Made by a program: the position numbers and the translations under genes | Origin: Amoebophrya sp. A120 | Taxonomy: Eukaryota; Protista; Dinoflagellata | Assembly (NCBI GenBank): GCA_905178155.1 | Contig: CAJINV010000007.1 | Location: 3,738,265-3,802,264, forward strand | Direction of reading: 5' to 3' | Length of the DNA stretch: 64,000 nucleotides | Notes under the pieces: generated by a model | Seen by the model: the letters and a program-made list of their open reading frames with translations, nothing else | What the model was told of the DNA's origin: nothing | Databases searched by the model: none | Shown: positions 60,501 through 64,000 of the stretch, in pieces | Numbering within the stretch: the first letter of the stretch is position 1 | Layout: the number at the start of each line of letters is the position of its first letter

Positions 60501-63500
60501 GCAGAACCACCCAGAGCCGCAGGAGCAAACGGGCAGCCGCCCAGTCCGTGTCCCCGCCTCGGCCCGGTTGCCGGCAGCGCCGGGCCACATGCGCTCCCGA
60601 AGGCGCTGCCCCCCTGTCGGAGTTCGCCGGTAAGGCCGGCCACGATACCAGTTGCGCGGGCCGGCGCGATGCGTTTTGCGCATGCGGCCTCCGTCCGGTA
60701 GCCGAAGACACTCCGAACGCCTCGCCCCTGTTCTGCAAAGTTTTTGGCAGATGCAAAAGCGCGCGGCCTTGTGCCCGCATTGGCTGCGAAGACGAGGCGG
60801 CCCACCGTTCTTTCTTCCAAAAGCCCGCGGCCGTGGGTGTCTTAGGACGTGCTTGCCCTGGGAATATAGCGGGCATGGGGGCAATAAAACAAAGAAGGCG
60901 AGAAGGGAAAACCGGGAGGAGCTCCTGTCCGAAGGCGAAGCCGGGGGGCCCCTCAGGGGGGTGCTCTAGGGGGGTGCTTTTTTGGGCGCGGAATTCTCCA
61001 GTTTTAGCTGGGGGAAAGGCTTCCCAAGGGGGGTGCTTTTTGGGGGTGCTTTTTTTTGCGAAAAAGGGGGCCCCTTTGGCTGCCCGGCCGGGGCCCCCGG
61101 CGGCCGCGGAAGCAGCCCTTTTCGCTTTTGGCCAAAGAGAACGCCGGCGGCCCCGGAGCCACGCCGGGGCGCGCCAGGCTGCTCCCTTCGGACCGGCCGC
61201 CGCCCCGGCCGCCAGGCAACGCTTCCGGTCGCAGCGAAGGCGGGCTCAGGGCCGCGCGCTCTTGCATCTGCCAGAAGCCTTCCAGAACTGGGGCGAGACG
61301 TTCGGGGGGCCTCCTGCCATCGGACGGAGGCCACACATGCAAAACGCACCGCATCGGGCCACGCCACTGGTATCGCGGTCGCCCCTACCGGCGATTTCCG
61401 ACAGGGCCGCGGCGCTTTTGGTGACGCTTTTGCCCGGCGCTTCCGAAAGCCGGGCCGGGGCGGGGAAAGAAACGGGCTGGGCGGCTGTTGGTTTGTTCCT
61501 GGCGCTTTGGGTGGTTCTGCTGGTGAATGTGGCGGCGTTGCTCTACATTATTCGGGTTGCGCGAGCGATTCAGGTGGAAAACTGTAAGGGCTCCGCGCTG
61601 CGACAGGACAAGAAATGGGGGCCGGCAACGTTTTCGGAAAAATGCGACTCATCGTAAACGCGCACCACCTTCGAACCCCTTGCACTTGTTTTCCCATAGA
61701 TGCGCGCCTTTGATTCGGAGCAGGGCTGCAGAGCCAATGCTGGGGTCGCTTCGGCTCGTACATGCGCAGGCGTGAGAACTAAAAACGACACACATGCCAG
61801 CGGCAGCGCATGGCGGGGCGGGCTCCGCAGGGGGGAAGTGCGAAATGGTTGGGGCCCACACACATCAACTATATTCCCCGGGAGCCCCGGGCCGGGGGGT
61901 GTTCGATTTTTGATGAACTTCCTTGATTTTCCTTGTCTAATTTTTTTTCGCAGGGCTACAACGTGTCATCATCTTCTGGTTGGACCGCGAGATCTTGGGG
62001 AAGTCGGGACGTGCCAGGACCTGTTGGAGAGGGCAGCCCGAAGCCGAACCACGGAAGCACTGCAAGCATATCCAACTTCGGGACTCGCGTAGCTGCAAAT
62101 CGCAACGTCACGACGGCTGAGGCTTCACCGGCCAGCATCGATCTTCGTGACGAAACCTCCACCCCGTTGGATCGATTTCAGAAACGGGCGATCCACCACA
62201 TGCTGACGAATCGCCTGGCGATCATCCAAGGCGCCCCCGGAACCGGGAAATCCTTCACGTGCCGGCGCATAATCCGCATTCTGCATTCGTTGCAAGGGGT
62301 CGAGAACTGCAACACCAACCCGGGCAGGTGGCGGTTCGTGCCGACGCAGGACCGGCTTGAAGCTGGTGTTGGTGAGGACCTCGGGAATATTAAAATACAG
62401 ACGACAAAAGAAGAGCAAGGTTCCCTTTCGAAGATATCCGACCTTCAGAGCTGCCAGCAACTCCGTTTTCTAGTTGTCACCTACAAAAATCTGGCACTGG
62501 ACGAAACGCTGAGCGGATTGCTTTCCACCTTCCCGGATAACCTGGTCCGCATCGGGAACTCCAGCAGCCCGGCGGAGACGCCGGAGCTGTCCGCGCGGCG
62601 GCTGTTTAACCTGAAGAAGCAGAAGAAGTATGGACTGAGCTGGAAGATGCGGAAGGAGTACAAGCAGCTTTTGTTGAGGGCGAGAAAGCTGCAGCTCCGT
62701 TTGGAGGACGAAATCCGCCGGTTTCAGGTCGTGCGGTTCTTCTCCCCGACGATGTTCTTGCTGCAGTGCACCTACGAGCAACTGTGCAACCTGCTATTGT
62801 TGAAATGGGAAGAGCAACGCCCGTTCATGGTCGAGGCAGTGAAAAGCCGAACCGCTTTGCTCGGTATGCTTGGTCACGTGTCAGACTTCCTCGCGAAAAG
62901 AGAACAGTTGGGCGCAGCCGCGGGAGCAGTTGCGGGGCAGGCAGTAGATGAACAAGTATCTAGAGCAAGTAGCTCTTCTTTGCCTTTCTCTTATACCCCA
63001 CCCCCGCGTCGGCTGGTTGCGGAATTCTTCGCGAACCCGGGGCGGCTGCCACTCGACTACCAGGAGACGTGTGCGGTTCTAGGCAACCTAACGACCGAGG
63101 CTCTCAACGAGTGGGCCCCAGACGTCGAGGAATTTCGAAATTTTTCGAGAAGCCTGCGCGAGGCGAAGATCGATCTGTACAGCACCAGTGAGGAGATTAT
63201 TGACTGGAAGGATGGCAGAATCCAGGACTCGCTGCGCGACCAAACCGAGGACCAAGCAGCCGCAGAGCGGCTGGGAGAGAAGGAGGCGTTCCTGAAATCC
63301 CTCGCGGTGCAGGAGAACGAGGAGGTGTTGGACTACAAGGAAAGGCTGCGAGAGGAAACAGAAAATTTGTACGGGCGTGCGAGGGCGAGTCACGAATCGC
63401 AATTGAAGAAGCTTGACGAGATCGTTTTTTTCGACAAAGAAGCCGAGGTTTCCGCGCGGAACCACGTCAAGGAGCAGGCGAAGGAGCTGGGCAGGAAGGC

Positions 63501-64000
63501 AAAACAGGTGGCAAAATTCAGCAAAAAGTGGTTTTGCGACTTGAAGAAGAAAAAGAAAGCTGAAAAGATAAAGGAAAAAAAACAGCACAAAGGTCAAGCA
63601 ATGCAATCTGAAGGACCATCTGTTGGCGCAAGAAGGACCGTAGGTGTCCGCGACACAGCAGCTACTGGTGGAACGACAACCGCGACTAGAATCGCACGAG
63701 GCGCAACCCCTGCGAAGAAGAACGAAGACAACAGCAAGACCAGCCCACTTTCTAACAGCGACGAGAGCGATGCGTCCTCCGACACCGACTCCATTTCCTT
63801 TCTCAGCGACGCGTCCTCGTCTTTTTTGGAAGAAGAGGAGCTTTTTGAACGTGGAGACGAAGAACGTGATAGAGGCACGCGTCAACCCGATTCTGATTCT
63901 GACTCCTCTAGTGAAGAGGACGAAATCAATGATCCTCATGCGGCAGCTGGAGATAGAGGTACTAAAGCACCGACCAACGTTCCCTATTTCCCCGCCGTCG
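51580..64000 (+). CDS. ZNFX1/Upf1-like superfamily-1 helicase, 3' end outside window; exons 51580-53462, 53623-59290, 59444-60080, 61946->64000
   Basis: ZNFX1-type PTVSEL..YMETQVRLFRED, LRYGNMVYLS, YYPAYGPVLKVL, then LDRFQKRAIHHMLTNRLAIIQGAPGTGKS and LVVTYKNLALD..LVRIG. CCCH finger at ~56168-56227. Start uncertain; a further exon near 51247-51339 is possible. Confidence 0.88.
53463..53617. mobile_element. Family-A introner (155 bp), reverse orientation, TSD AACCT
   Basis: TATCCTGTGCAAAAGTATC...GATACTTTTGCAATTCATA; excision gives FDNL|SHK. Confidence 0.95.
59291..59438. mobile_element. Family-A introner (148 bp), TSD TGGGG
   Basis: TATGAATTGCAAAAGTATCGTACTCGTATA...TATACGAGTACGATACTTCTGCACAGGATA; excision gives KPLG|KDKE. 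Confidence 0.95.
60081..61940. mobile_element. 1,860-bp non-autonomous fold-back element (TTAG...CTAA), TSD TTTTT, inside the helicase CDS
   Basis: 225-bp near-perfect TIR (60081-60305 / 61716-61940). Diverged arms extend to ~60800 / ~61215. Element + TTTTT removal gives EPGF|FSQGYN, open through Walker A. Confidence 0.93.
60956..61058. repeat. Short GGGGGTGCT repeats in the fold-back spacer
   Basis: Four copies of ggggg(g)tgct, three followed by T runs. Confidence 0.75.

Noticed and set aside
60548-61657. 369-aa ORF in the fold-back as a transposase
   Set aside because: Ala/Arg/Gly/Pro-rich, no DDE, HUH or tyrosine-recombinase motif seen; expected by chance at this GC content.
60075-61953. 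Canonical GT-AG splicing of the fold-back
   Set aside because: Donor is phase 1 and acceptor phase 0, so Walker A would be out of frame.
55-63939. Hundreds of short minus-strand and alternative-frame ORFs
   Set aside because: Shadows of long GC-rich plus-strand exons with no recognisable domains.

Overview
Eukaryotic, gene-dense window with every credible gene on the + strand. Gene content, low-complexity-expanded proteins and non-canonical introns point to a syndinian dinoflagellate such as Amoebophrya (inference, not database-verified). Genes: a giant UBR1/2-like N-recognin E3 ligase (<1-28584, 18 exons, about 7,800 aa in window), a membrane-anchored hypothetical protein, a Notum/pectin-acetylesterase + ABCG transporter fusion with a frameshift in Walker A, a DEG15/TYSND1-like peroxisomal protease, an ETNPPL/PHYKPL-like class-III PLP enzyme, and a ZNFX1-like SF1 helicase (51580->64000). 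The dominant structure is about 18 transposon-like insertions in coding sequence. They have terminal inverted repeats (TAT...ATA or TTA...TAA), and 13 have a perfect 5-bp target-site duplication (TSD). For those 13, removing the element plus one TSD copy restores the frame and no GT-AG register exists. Two families occur in both orientations. The most extreme is a 1.86-kb fold-back element inside the helicase gene. Eight ordinary GT-AG introns are also present. All splicing is inferred by hand from frame and motif restoration, without transcript data.
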